In this document: positions 41,784 through 51,567 of the stretch, piece by piece
Layout: each line of letters begins with the position of its first letter
Position numbering within the stretch: the first letter of the stretch is position 1
Source of the DNA: Bythopirellula sp.
GTDB taxonomy: Bacteria; Planctomycetota; Planctomycetia; Pirellulales; Lacipirellulaceae
Assembly (NCBI GenBank): GCA_965216565.1
Contig: OZ244170.1
Span: 320,001 to 384,000 of the forward strand
Direction: 5' to 3'
DNA: 64,000 nt
Position numbers and translations under genes: made by a program
Notes under the pieces: generated by a model
Database searches by the model: none
What the model saw: the letters and a program-made list of their open reading frames with translations, nothing else
What the model was told of the DNA's origin: nothing

Positions 41784-42815
41784 CTAGAACGGCCGCTCCC
41801 GCATCGTGCAGGACATGATGGCTTTGGCGGTATGCAACCGGTTTTCTGCTTCGGGGAATACCACCGATTGCGGGCCGTCGATCACTGCGTCGGTCACCTC
41901 CGAGCCACGGTCGGCAGGCAGGCAGTGCATGTAAACTGCCGACTTCTTGGCGAGTCCCATGCGCCGTTCGTCGCAGATCCAATCTTTGAACTGATCGTTC
42001 TTGTCGAGGCAGGCCCGTTGGTTGTCGTCGATTTCCTTTTGGCTCGTCGCATTCTGGCGTTCGAGCATCAGGTCGTACACGCCCCAACTCTTTGGATAGA
42101 CAATGTCGGCGTCGGCAAAAGCGGCGTCCATGTCGTCGACAATCTCGAACTTCCCACCGGAAGCCTCGGCATTGGCCTGGGCAGCTTCAACCGTCCGACC
42201 AATCAGGTTGTAACCGGGCGGGTGCGCGAGCGACACGTGCATTCCAAAGCGAGTCATCAAGGTGATGAGCCCCTGCGGAACGCTTAACGGTTTGGCGTAC
42301 GAAGGAGCGTAGGCCCAACTAACAGCGATCTTAAGCTCCGAAAGATCTTTGCCAAACGTTTCGCGGATGGTTTGCAGGTCAGCCAGCGTTTGCGTGGGAT
42401 GATCGACGTCGCATTGCATGTTGATAATCGGCACGTCGGTGGCCTCAGCCATCTCGCGCATGTAGCGATTGCCTTCGTTGAGTACCAAATCGTGGCGGAT
42501 GCAAATCCCATGACCCATCGAGGCAAGAATCTTGCCGGTGTCGGCAGGTGTTTCGCCGTGGCTAATTTGGGTGACGTCGGCGTCCAGGAAATGGGCGTGC
42601 CCGCCGAGTTGTGTCATGCCTGCTTCGAAGGCATTCCGGGTGCGCGTAGATTTATCGAAGAACAGCAAGTAGGCAGTCTGATGGGGTAGTAGTTGAGTTG
42701 GTTCCCCACGATGGAACTTTTCTTTGAGTTCCGTCGTAGTATCAAGCAGCAATTCAAGCTCCTCGGAGCTCAAGTCTTGTGTTTCGATATAGTTCTTGCC
42801 CTTCAAATTAGCCAT
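41784..42815 (-). CDS. ygeW: YgeW-type (knotted) carbamoyltransferase
   Basis: STRTR, HGET, HPTQ, SWAYAPSYAKPLSVPQG, YPKSW, HCLPA, EAENRLH. Confidence 0.85.
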   Translation of the reverse strand: MANLKGKNYIETQDLSSEELELLLDTTTELKEKFHRGEPTQLLPHQTAYLLFFDKSTRTRNAFEAGMTQLGGHAHFLDADVTQISHGETPADTGKILASMGHGICIRHDLVLNEGNRYMREMAEATDVPIINMQCDVDHPTQTLADLQTIRETFGKDLSELKIAVSWAYAPSYAKPLSVPQGLITLMTRFGMHVSLAHPPGYNLIGRTVEAAQANAEASGGKFEIVDDMDAAFADADIVYPKSWGVYDLMLERQNATSQKEIDDNQRACLDKNDQFKDWICDERRMGLAKKSAVYMHCLPADRGSEVTDAVIDGPQSVVFPEAENRLHTAKAIMSCTMRERPF

Positions 42816-42817
42816 GC

Positions 42818-44083
42818 TTAGCCTTTCTTGCGTTTGAAATTCATCGGTGTTTTGTTCTCGCGACCCTCTGCCAGATCGCAGTAGGACTGGCCATAGCCAG
42901 CGTAGAATGCGGCACAATCGACTAGGTGCTTAATCGGCACAGAGTCGTTCACCGTGTGGGCGACGTTCTCCGCAGCTGGCCCAAAGCCGACGCAAGGAAT
43001 ACCAAACATGCCGGCGATTGAAACTGCGTTAGTGCTGAATGTCCAGCGATGGACCGTTGGAGCTTTGCCCAGTGTTTCGCGATGCGCCTTGATGGCCGCT
43101 TGTACTTGGAGATCGTCTTCTTCCTCGCACCACGTGGGGAAGTATTTTTCAGTTTCATAGGTGAGCCCCGTGTAGCTGGGGCGGGCGTAAACGGGCACGG
43201 CGACTTTAGCTTTGACCCCGGCACGCTTTACGGCATCTTTCACTTCGGCGACGGCCGAGCGTTTCGTATCGCCGATCGTGAGCCGTCGATCAAGATGCAA
43301 GTAGGCCTGCCCCGGTACGGCACAGAGACTGGGTGTCTTGCAGTCTACGTAGCTGACAGTGATGGTGCCTTTGCCGAGGAATTTATCTTCTTTCAATCGT
43401 TCGTTCAGTTTTTCAATTTCAACGGCAATCTTCGATGCCTTGTAAATCGCGTTGTCGCCCTTGTGCGGCATCGAACCGTGGCACGACTTGCCTTTGCAGG
43501 TGACGCCGATTTCCATCCGACCGCGATGGCCTCGCAGGATGGTGCAGTTGGTAGAGTCGGTCACCACGACAGCATCGGGGCGAATCTTGCCTTCGTTAAC
43601 AATGTACTGCCAGCAGAGGCCGTCGCAATCTTCTTCCATCACGGTGAAAGTAAGCAATAGACAATATTCGGACGTATCGAGCCCAAGATCGCGAATGATT
43701 TTAGCGGCGTAAACCATCGCAGGTACGGCGCCTTCCTGATCGCCTGCCCCGCGGCCCCAGACTTTGCCATCGGCCACCTTGCCCTTGTAGGGATCGTGTT
43801 TCCATTCAGAGCGGTCTCCCACACCGACGGTATCGATGTGGGCATCGATGGCGATCAGCTTTTTACCTTTCCCGGGTTTTCCCACTTGTCCGAACAGGTT
43901 GCCCATTTTGTCTGTCCAGATCTTGTCGAACGCACCGGTCGATTTCATCTCGGCACGGATGCGCTCGATAACACCCTTTTCCTCGGCAGATTCCGAGGGA
44001 ATTGCGATCAGGTCGCGCAGAAAGCGGACCATCTTTTTTTCGTATTTTTTGGCAGCTTGGTGAAGCGAAGTTTGTTTTTTCAT
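42818..44083 (-). CDS. ygeY: YgeY-family M20 metallohydrolase
   Basis: DAHIDTVG, GRGAGDQEG, VMEEDCDGLCWQY, GHRGRMEI, SCHGSMP, WTFSTN. Confidence 0.9.
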   Translation of the reverse strand: MKKQTSLHQAAKKYEKKMVRFLRDLIAIPSESAEEKGVIERIRAEMKSTGAFDKIWTDKMGNLFGQVGKPGKGKKLIAIDAHIDTVGVGDRSEWKHDPYKGKVADGKVWGRGAGDQEGAVPAMVYAAKIIRDLGLDTSEYCLLLTFTVMEEDCDGLCWQYIVNEGKIRPDAVVVTDSTNCTILRGHRGRMEIGVTCKGKSCHGSMPHKGDNAIYKASKIAVEIEKLNERLKEDKFLGKGTITVSYVDCKTPSLCAVPGQAYLHLDRRLTIGDTKRSAVAEVKDAVKRAGVKAKVAVPVYARPSYTGLTYETEKYFPTWCEEEDDLQVQAAIKAHRETLGKAPTVHRWTFSTNAVSIAGMFGIPCVGFGPAAENVAHTVNDSVPIKHLVDCAAFYAGYGQSYCDLAEGRENKTPMNFKRKKG

Positions 44084-44313
44084 GGAGAGTCTAATTTAAC
44101 AAAGCCTATTGGGAGCCGAAATGGAAGCTTGCGCTTGCAAAGGCTCCGATGGTGTGTGAAAATCGAAGGCGGTGGAAGGATAGTCTGGCAGTTGCAAAAT
44201 ATACTGATGCCAGGCACGAGTTGGCCACCAAAATTTCTTAGCTCGTGACGTTGCGTCGGCGGCGTGGCGGTGCGAGATGTTTTGGAATCTTTTCCCACTG
44301 GAGGCCAACCGAA

Positions 44314-46983
44314 GTGTCGACTGTCACTGAGTCTTCTCATCTTCTGTCCTGTTTCGTCAATGGGGATGCCGTCGAATTGCGGATACCCGAAGCCGACGAC
44401 CTCACTTTGCTCGACGTCCTGCGTGATTATTTGGGCATCACGTCACCCAAGAATGGGTGCCAGCCGCAAGCACAATGCGGGTGCTGCACGGTCTTGATCG
44501 ACGGCAAGCCGGTGCTTTCCTGCGCGCTAAAACCGAAAAAAGTGGAAGGCAAATCCATCACCACGCTGGAGGGTCTGGACGAAGAACACCGGGCACAAAT
44601 CTCAAATTCGTTTGTCCAATGCGGCGGTGTGCAGTGTGGATTCTGCATTCCTGGCATGGCGATGCGAGCGGTTGGATTGTGCGACAAAAAACCAGAGCCT
44701 ACGCGGGAAGAAATCGCCACAAGTTTGAAACCACACCTGTGCCGCTGCACCGGTTACGCCCAAATTGTCGATAGCGTCGAAGAGTATGCCCGCGTTCGCC
44801 GCGGTGGTGAAGCACAGCCTGTTGAAGAAGCTGATTTGAGTGGCAAAGTCGGCACCAGTTTGCCTCGTTACACGGGGCACGACGCCGTGTTGGGTGACCG
44901 TAAGTTTGTCGATGACATGACCGTGCCAGAGATGCTCTATGGGGCGGTGAAATTGTCGGACCATCCGCGGGCGACCGTGAAATCGATCGATGGAACTGCG
45001 GCACTTGAATTGGCGGGCGTCCATCGCGTAGTGACTGCAGCCGACATCCCAGGGGATCCGTATGTTGGATTGATCGAAAACGATTGGCCGACGTTCATCG
45101 CCATCGGGGAAACCTCGCGCTGCACGGGCGACGTGATCGCCGCCGTGGTAGCCGACGACCAGCGACTGGCCCGTCGCGCGGCGGAGCTTATTCAGGTCGA
45201 ATACGAAGTGCTTGAGCCGGTAACCGACCCGCGCAAGGCGTTGGAGCCAGACGCACCACTAGTGCATCCGCAACGCGATAGCAATCTGCTCAGCAAGTCG
45301 TCGCTCAAACGGGGCGACATCGAAGCCGGGTTTGCCAACTCCGCTCATATTTTGGAAGACACCTACCGCACGCAGCACATCGAGCATTTGTTCCTGGAGC
45401 CAGAAAGTTGTATCGCAGTTCCGTCAGACGAGAATGGCGAACGATCGTTGTATATCTACAGCCAAGGTCAGGGTGTATTTGACGATCAGCGTCAGATTTC
45501 GTCCGTGCTGGGCGTCGACAAAGATCGCGTGCAAGTTGAGCTAGTCTCTAACGGTGGGGCATTTGGCGGCAAAGAGGATATGTCGATTCAAGCTCAGACC
45601 GCACTCATGGCTTGGATTGTTGGCAAACCCGTCAAGCTTACATTGACGCGTCCCGAGAGTTTCCGAATTCACCCCAAGCGGCATCCTATTGAACTCAGCT
45701 ACAAAATTGGCTGCGATGCCGAGGGGCACATCATGGCCGTCCAGGCTCGAATTATTGGCGACAAGGGTGCCTATGCCTCAGTGGGAGCGAAAGTGCTGGA
45801 ACGTGCCGGTGGCCACGCAACAGGGCCGTATCGGGTGCCAGCCATCGACATGGAATCGCTCGCCGTCTACACCAACAATCCGCCCTGCGGAGCGATGCGA
45901 GGCTTTGGCGCGAATCAGGCCGCTTTTGCCATCGAGGGCTTGCTTGATCGTCTCGCCGAGAAGTGTGGCATCGATGGCTACGACATCCGCGAGCGAAACA
46001 TCCTGGGGCCAAATGAACAATTCGCTACGGGGCAGGTCCTCGATAAACCTTTCGGTTTGCGGAAGACCTTAGAATCAGTCCGCGATCAATACAAGGCGGC
46101 GAAGTTCGCTGGAATCGCTTGTGGTATTAAGAACGTAGGCATTGGTAACGGGATGCCCGACATTGGCCGGGCAGCGCTCTCCGTGGAAGACGATGGCACC
46201 GTACACATCCGTACCGGCTTCACCGAAATGGGGCAGGGGCTGTTTACCATCTGCATTCAGTTTGCGGTGGAGGCCACAGGCCTGAAGCCGGAACAGTTCG
46301 AGTGCTCCACCGACACCAGCTTAATGCTCAACTGCGGTCAGACGACGGCCAGTCGTGCGACGGTGCTCGCCGGCAATGCGATTGCCGAGGCGGGCAAGGG
46401 GCTCAAGGCGGCGCTCGACTCGGGTAAGAGTTTGGCAGACCTTGCCGGCCAGGATTTTCACGGCGAATGGATCTGCGATTACACTAGCAAGCTCGGCAAG
46501 GATATCGATAAGCCGGGCGGTCCCAAGACGCATCTGACCTATGGCTTCGCGACTCAAGTGGCGATTCTCGACGACGATGGCCGTTTGGAAAAGATGATTG
46601 CCTCGCACGATGTGGGCCGCGTAATCAATCCGGTGCATCTCGACGGTCAGATGTACGGTTCGCTGCACATGGGTATCGGTTATGCACTAACCGAGGATTT
46701 TCCCGTCGAAGGGGGACAGATTCAGGCCAAGAAGATGAACGACTGCGGCGTGCTGCGTTCGCATCAAATGCCGGAGATGGAGCTGATTTACGTCGAAGAA
46801 GAAGATCCCGAGTGCCCATTTGGTGCCCGGGGTGTCGGCGAGATTGGTCTCGTTCCCACCGCTCCAGCGATTGCCGGGGCCCTGTATAAGTTCGACGGTG
46901 TGGTACGTCGGCAACTGCCAATGAGCGATTCGCCGGCTGCCTTGGCTATCACCAAGCCTAATGCGCGACGCAATGGCAAGTAG
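44314..46983 (+). CDS. Selenium-dependent-type xanthine dehydrogenase family protein (2Fe-2S + Moco fusion)
   Basis: GGAGG RBS at 44300 then GTG; KNGCQPQAQCGCC, QCGFCIPG, LCRCTGY, EHLFLEPE, GGAFGGKED, AMRGFG, GVGEIG; no FAD domain. Confidence 0.85.
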   Translation: MSTVTESSHLLSCFVNGDAVELRIPEADDLTLLDVLRDYLGITSPKNGCQPQAQCGCCTVLIDGKPVLSCALKPKKVEGKSITTLEGLDEEHRAQISNSFVQCGGVQCGFCIPGMAMRAVGLCDKKPEPTREEIATSLKPHLCRCTGYAQIVDSVEEYARVRRGGEAQPVEEADLSGKVGTSLPRYTGHDAVLGDRKFVDDMTVPEMLYGAVKLSDHPRATVKSIDGTAALELAGVHRVVTAADIPGDPYVGLIENDWPTFIAIGETSRCTGDVIAAVVADDQRLARRAAELIQVEYEVLEPVTDPRKALEPDAPLVHPQRDSNLLSKSSLKRGDIEAGFANSAHILEDTYRTQHIEHLFLEPESCIAVPSDENGERSLYIYSQGQGVFDDQRQISSVLGVDKDRVQVELVSNGGAFGGKEDMSIQAQTALMAWIVGKPVKLTLTRPESFRIHPKRHPIELSYKIGCDAEGHIMAVQARIIGDKGAYASVGAKVLERAGGHATGPYRVPAIDMESLAVYTNNPPCGAMRGFGANQAAFAIEGLLDRLAEKCGIDGYDIRERNILGPNEQFATGQVLDKPFGLRKTLESVRDQYKAAKFAGIACGIKNVGIGNGMPDIGRAALSVEDDGTVHIRTGFTEMGQGLFTICIQFAVEATGLKPEQFECSTDTSLMLNCGQTTASRATVLAGNAIAEAGKGLKAALDSGKSLADLAGQDFHGEWICDYTSKLGKDIDKPGGPKTHLTYGFATQVAILDDDGRLEKMIASHDVGRVINPVHLDGQMYGSLHMGIGYALTEDFPVEGGQIQAKKMNDCGVLRSHQMPEMELIYVEEEDPECPFGARGVGEIGLVPTAPAIAGALYKFDGVVRRQLPMSDSPAALAITKPNARRNGK

Positions 46984-47572
46984 TGCCAAACAGATAATCG
47001 GCGTTCTCCTGGCTGCGGGGCGGGGACGGCGGATGAATGGCCGCAAGCAATTCCATCCTTGGCCAACGTCCCAGGGGGAGAAACCCCTAGTGGCCGCTGC
47101 GTACGATGCTGTTGTGGACGCGTGTACGGAAATGGTCGTCGTCCTCGGACATCGGGGCGACGAGGTGGCAGCCGCGCTGGAGCCCCGCCAGTTTCACCGT
47201 TGTCCCAGCGATCCCGACGCACCCATGTTTGCCTCGGTCCAGGCAGGGATTCGTGCGGCTCGGGAAATTGACGATCGGTTCTCTGTTCTGTTGCACCCCG
47301 CCGATCATCCAGAAGTGGCCCCGTTAACGCTAACTTTGCTCATGCAACAAGTGGAGGAGCATCCCGATCTGGTTGTTATTCCGGAATACGAATCGCGAGG
47401 CGGCCACCCAGTAGTGATTCCCGCGGCAATAGCCGAAAGCCTACTGTCAGCCGAATGTCCTCAAGGCTTGGGAGAATACTGGAACCAGCATCCCGAGCTT
47501 TGCCATCGTTTTGCGGTAGAAGACAAGAGCATCGTACGCGACATAGATCACGCTAAGGGCGAAAAGAGCTGA
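46973..47572 (+). CDS. MocA-like molybdenum cofactor cytidylyltransferase
   Basis: LLAAGRGRRM, PADHP, GGHPV, DID; overlaps the Xdh stop. Confidence 0.8.
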   Translation: MASSAKQIIGVLLAAGRGRRMNGRKQFHPWPTSQGEKPLVAAAYDAVVDACTEMVVVLGHRGDEVAAALEPRQFHRCPSDPDAPMFASVQAGIRAAREIDDRFSVLLHPADHPEVAPLTLTLLMQQVEEHPDLVVIPEYESRGGHPVVIPAAIAESLLSAECPQGLGEYWNQHPELCHRFAVEDKSIVRDIDHAKGEKS

Positions 47573-47595
47573 ACTAGCCATTCTCAGCGCAATAC

Positions 47596-47621
47596 AAAGC
47601 CCCGTTGTCTTCGGGGCTTTT
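47596..47621. terminator. Probable bidirectional terminator between mocA and tRNA-Ser
   Basis: AAAGCCCCG-TTGTCTT-CGGGGCTTT(T). Confidence 0.75.
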
Positions 47622-47640
47622 GTCAATCGAGCGCATGAAG

Positions 47641-47729
47641 CGGAGAGGACAGGATTCGAACCTGCGGACCAGCGTTAACCAGTCACCGATTTAGCAAACC
47701 GGCGCTTTCGACCACTCAGCCACCTCTCC
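47641..47729 (-). tRNA. tRNA-Ser (GCT), CCA not encoded
   Basis: Reverse complement GGAGAGGTGGCTGAGTGGTCGAAAGCG-CCGGT-TTGCTAA-ATCGG, long variable arm, GCAGGTTCGAATCCTGT-CCTCTCCG. Confidence 0.97.
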
Positions 47730-47831
47730 GGAGGGACTGCCGTTAGGCTTCCCAGTATTTTAGGGCAACATGTCTTTGCTGCAAGGCCGAGCTTTCTTAG
47801 GCTGCAGGCAGTTCAGGCTTAGGGCCGAGCG

Positions 47832-50051
47832 TTAGCCGAAGTGAATGGCATACAGCAGCGGGGCGATGATCATTGCTACCACGCTGATGAGCTTGATCAG
47901 GATATTCAGCGAGGGACCGGAGGTGTCCTTGAACGGGTCGCCCACGGTGTCGCCGGTGACCGAGGCCTTATGCATCTCTTCCAGCTCCTCGCCCCATTTA
48001 TCGTGACCCTCATCCTTCACCTGTTTCTTGGCATTGTCCCAGGCTCCGCCGGCGTTGGATTGGAAAATCGCCAGGCACACGCCGGAGATGGTAACTCCCA
48101 CCAACAAACCGCCTAGCATGTTGACGTCGATCAATCCCACGACCACGGGTACCACGACCGCCATAAGTCCGGGAGCAATCATTTTCTTGATGGCTGCGGC
48201 TGTGGCAATGCTTACACAGTGCGAGTAGTCGGCCTTGCCGTCAGCAGCTTGGATGATCTTCGCTTCCTCGTCGGTGGGGTCGCGTTCTTCACTTTCTGCT
48301 CTTTGAGCAGCAACTAGAGCAGGTCGAAGTTCGACGATTTCATTGAATTGTCGGCGAACCTCTTGGATCATATCTTGGGCCGCGTGTCCCACCGCAACCA
48401 TAGCCATGGCCGAGAAGCGGAACGGCAGCATACAACCGATTAACAATCCAACGAGCACGTAGGGGTCTGCCGCGTCGATGTCGACTTCGCCACGCATCTT
48501 GGTGAGATAGGCAGCCGTGAGACTCAATGCGGTCAAAGCCGCTGATCCAATGGCAAAGCCTTTTCCGATGGCAGCGGTGGTGTTTCCTACGGCATCGAGT
48601 TTGTCGGTGCGTGCCCTCACGTCGCGACCAAGCTGGGCCATTTCGGCGACCCCGCCGGCGTTGTCGGCAATTGGTCCGTATGCATCGGTGGCAAGTTGGA
48701 TAGCAATGGTGGAGAGCATTCCCAAAGCCGCCATGGCGATACCATAGAGGCCCGCAAAGTGATAAGCCACGAGGATCGCTCCACTAATCACCAAGATGGG
48801 CATCGTGGTGGAATTCATACCCACTGCAACGCCTTGGATGATTGTCGTTGCGTGTCCCGTACGAGAAGACTCGACAATGGTTTCCACAGGTTCTCGATTG
48901 CAGGCGGTGTACCATTCGGTGATCATGCCCACGGCGAGCCCAGCAATCAGTCCGGCCGCGACTGCCGCGGCAACACCCCACCACTGAAACACTTGTGGTG
49001 AATCGGCAATGATGTCCTGAGCACTGACTCCTGCGGCAGGAATCATGTAATAGATCGCAGCTATGGTGCCGGCAACCATCAAGACTCCCGATACGAAAGA
49101 GCCACGGTTAAGTCCCTTCTGGGGATCGCCTCCTTCGCTTGTATTGACGAAGAAGAAGCCGATGATCGAAGCGACAATGCCGACAATTGCCACGACCAGC
49201 GGCAAATAGATGGCGTTCATTCCCGCCCCAGCTTCGGCAGCTTCTAGGCCTTCGTACCACACCACACCGAGCACCATCGAGGAGATGATCGCCCCGACGT
49301 AAGATTCGAACAAGTCGGCACCCATGCCCGCGACATCGCCGACGTTGTCGCCCACGTTGTCGGCAATTGTGGCAGGGTTGAGCGGATGATCTTCGGGAAT
49401 GCCAGCTTCCACTTTTCCGACCAAGTCAGCACCTACATCTGCCGCCTTCGTAAAGATACCGCCACCCACGCGCGCAAACAGCGCAATGGATGAAGCCCCT
49501 AGCGAGAAGCCGGAGAGAATATTCAGAACCAATAAGGTTGTATCGCCACCTTCGGTAGCAGCCGGATACATCCGCATATAGAGAATTAGTAGCGACCCCA
49601 GGCCAAGTAAAGCTAGTCCTGCCACGGACAAGCCCATGACCGATCCACCCGCAAAGGCTACTTGCAGTGCTTTGTTGAGACCGTCGCGAGCAGCCGATGC
49701 GGTGCGAGTGTTGGCCGCCGTGGCAGTCTTCATTCCAAAGAAGCCCGCTAGTGCAGAGCACAGGGCACCTAGAACGAATGACAAGGCAATCCAGGCATTG
49801 GTATTTTGACCAGAGCTGACTTGGTTATTGGCCACTCCCAATATGATGGCAACCAGTACGACAAAAAGGGTTAACATGCGATACTCGCGCGATAGAAACG
49901 CCATCGCCCCATCCGCAATCCAACCACCAATCATTTTCATGCGGTCGTTGCCTGCGTCTTGGGACTGAACCCATTTCGCTCTGACTAGTGCGTAAGCGAG
50001 CGCCAAGAGTGCGACGCCCGGGACCACGTAGATCACCTTACTTGTATCCAC
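47832..50051 (-). CDS. hppA: Membrane-bound pyrophosphatase, K+-dependent type (likely Na+-translocating)
   Basis: [47 protein letters not shown] (Ala at the K+-determinant position), [10 protein letters not shown]. Confidence 0.95.
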   Translation of the reverse strand: MDTSKVIYVVPGVALLALAYALVRAKWVQSQDAGNDRMKMIGGWIADGAMAFLSREYRMLTLFVVLVAIILGVANNQVSSGQNTNAWIALSFVLGALCSALAGFFGMKTATAANTRTASAARDGLNKALQVAFAGGSVMGLSVAGLALLGLGSLLILYMRMYPAATEGGDTTLLVLNILSGFSLGASSIALFARVGGGIFTKAADVGADLVGKVEAGIPEDHPLNPATIADNVGDNVGDVAGMGADLFESYVGAIISSMVLGVVWYEGLEAAEAGAGMNAIYLPLVVAIVGIVASIIGFFFVNTSEGGDPQKGLNRGSFVSGVLMVAGTIAAIYYMIPAAGVSAQDIIADSPQVFQWWGVAAAVAAGLIAGLAVGMITEWYTACNREPVETIVESSRTGHATTIIQGVAVGMNSTTMPILVISGAILVAYHFAGLYGIAMAALGMLSTIAIQLATDAYGPIADNAGGVAEMAQLGRDVRARTDKLDAVGNTTAAIGKGFAIGSAALTALSLTAAYLTKMRGEVDIDAADPYVLVGLLIGCMLPFRFSAMAMVAVGHAAQDMIQEVRRQFNEIVELRPALVAAQRAESEERDPTDEEAKIIQAADGKADYSHCVSIATAAAIKKMIAPGLMAVVVPVVVGLIDVNMLGGLLVGVTISGVCLAIFQSNAGGAWDNAKKQVKDEGHDKWGEELEEMHKASVTGDTVGDPFKDTSGPSLNILIKLISVVAMIIAPLLYAIHFG

Positions 50052-50294
50052 TTGTTTAGTTCCTAAGAGAATGAATCAGCTGGAAGTAACTCAGCCTATG
50101 ATGCAAATGTAGGTTGCGGTTTGTAATGAGAGAGCCTCTGAAGGACCAGTGCCCGACTGGTCGCTAAAACCGCTACTTGTGTGCCAATTGGAGAACGTCC
50201 GATAACCACTCTAAAAAAATGTGAAACCTCTAATGCCGAGAGTCTATTACAGGGACCAGTTCTTGAAAACCGGAATTCTGACAGGTTCCGAAAC

Positions 50295-51380
50295 CTAAGA
50301 ACGGGCGACCTGGAGATCTGTCATGGCCCGGGAAAGGTCGTCGATCCAACATTCTACGAGAGTCGCCAGGTTGGCATTGCGGTCGATTTCGGTTTCAGCC
50401 TCTATGCAGCGGTCGAGGGCAGCAAGGGCAACGTCCTGGGCAGCAGGGCCGAGCTCCGCAAGCAAGCGTTGGGCGATAGAATCGCTGCCGGATAGCTCCT
50501 CTCTGGGAGCTTCGGACCCTGCGCTTTGGCAAGAGGCTCGTACGACTTTCGAATACAAATCGGCGATGAATTGAAAGATTGTCCGTAGGCTCTGGCGGCG
50601 AGTCGCGGCATCTTTGCCTGAGGCATTGACGAAATCTTGCACCTCCTTGGCGATTCTCGAGCCATTGAATTGGCTGGGCAATAGTTGAGGCAGCAGCGAG
50701 TTGCGTAGTTCCCACAGCTCAGCACCTCCCAAATCGCGGGCTCGTTGCAGGCTGCCCTGGGATATCAGGGCTAGCTGGCTTGCGTGTTGGCTGTCGCTCG
50801 CAAGGCCATGCTCCACGAGTAGCTGGGATAGGTGTTCGGGTGAAAGCTCAGAGAACCTCACGACCTGAGCACGAGACAGTATCGTCGGCAACAGGCGACT
50901 CCGGCTGGTCGCCAGCAAGATGAGCACTGCACCCGGTGGGGGTTCTTCGAGAGTCTTAAGCAAACAGTTGGAGCTTTCTATCGATAGATAGTCGGCATCG
51001 TCGATCACCGCGACCCGGCGACGACCGAGCATGGGTCGCATCGAAATCTCATGGCACAGGCCTTCTTGATTCCGATGATCTCGATCTCCCAGAAAGAGAT
51101 CTACAGGCAGTTTGCTCTTGCCGGCGGGAAGGCTCACCAACGACAAATCAGGATGAGTTCCTGCTTCGGCCTGCCGACACGAATCACAATTGCCGCATGC
51201 TTCCAATTCGGTTGGCGCGCACATTTGGCAGAGCAGGGCCTTCGCCAACTTCACAGCCAACGTGCGTTTTCCCACTCCCGGAGGTCCCAGGAAGACGTAG
51301 CTTGAGGCAAGCCGACCTTCAGCAAGACTTTGCCGAAAGCGATTCACTACGTCGTCGTGACCGACAATTTCTTGCCACAT
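50295..51380 (-). CDS. holB: DNA polymerase III subunit delta-prime
   Basis: GPPGVGK, C..CGNCDSC, HPDL, NCLLKTLEEPP, LPTILSR. Confidence 0.92.
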   Translation of the reverse strand: MWQEIVGHDDVVNRFRQSLAEGRLASSYVFLGPPGVGKRTLAVKLAKALLCQMCAPTELEACGNCDSCRQAEAGTHPDLSLVSLPAGKSKLPVDLFLGDRDHRNQEGLCHEISMRPMLGRRRVAVIDDADYLSIESSNCLLKTLEEPPPGAVLILLATSRSRLLPTILSRAQVVRFSELSPEHLSQLLVEHGLASDSQHASQLALISQGSLQRARDLGGAELWELRNSLLPQLLPSQFNGSRIAKEVQDFVNASGKDAATRRQSLRTIFQFIADLYSKVVRASCQSAGSEAPREELSGSDSIAQRLLAELGPAAQDVALAALDRCIEAETEIDRNANLATLVECWIDDLSRAMTDLQVARS

Positions 51381-51567
51381 ATGCTAATCTGCTGATGTAA
51401 GTTTCGCCTAGAATTCTCTATCTCCCCCACCTCGTTACCAATCGTAGCAGGACTTCTTGCCGTGGTACAAGGTGACGGCTTAACCTGGCGAGATAGCTTT
51501 GCTCTAGGCTGCCCATGGTTCTAGAATGGAATTAGCCGCAACTTCACCCCTATCCTCCGGGGCTTTC

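Noticed and set aside
34345..47572. Selenocysteine (UGA) read-through in the selenium-linked genes
   Set aside because: All ORFs appear full length without in-frame TGA; this enzyme class uses a labile Se cofactor rather than Sec.
47641..47729. tRNA-Ser as the integration site of a genomic island carrying the purine cluster
   Set aside because: No integrase, and I found no duplicated tRNA 3' end in the window.
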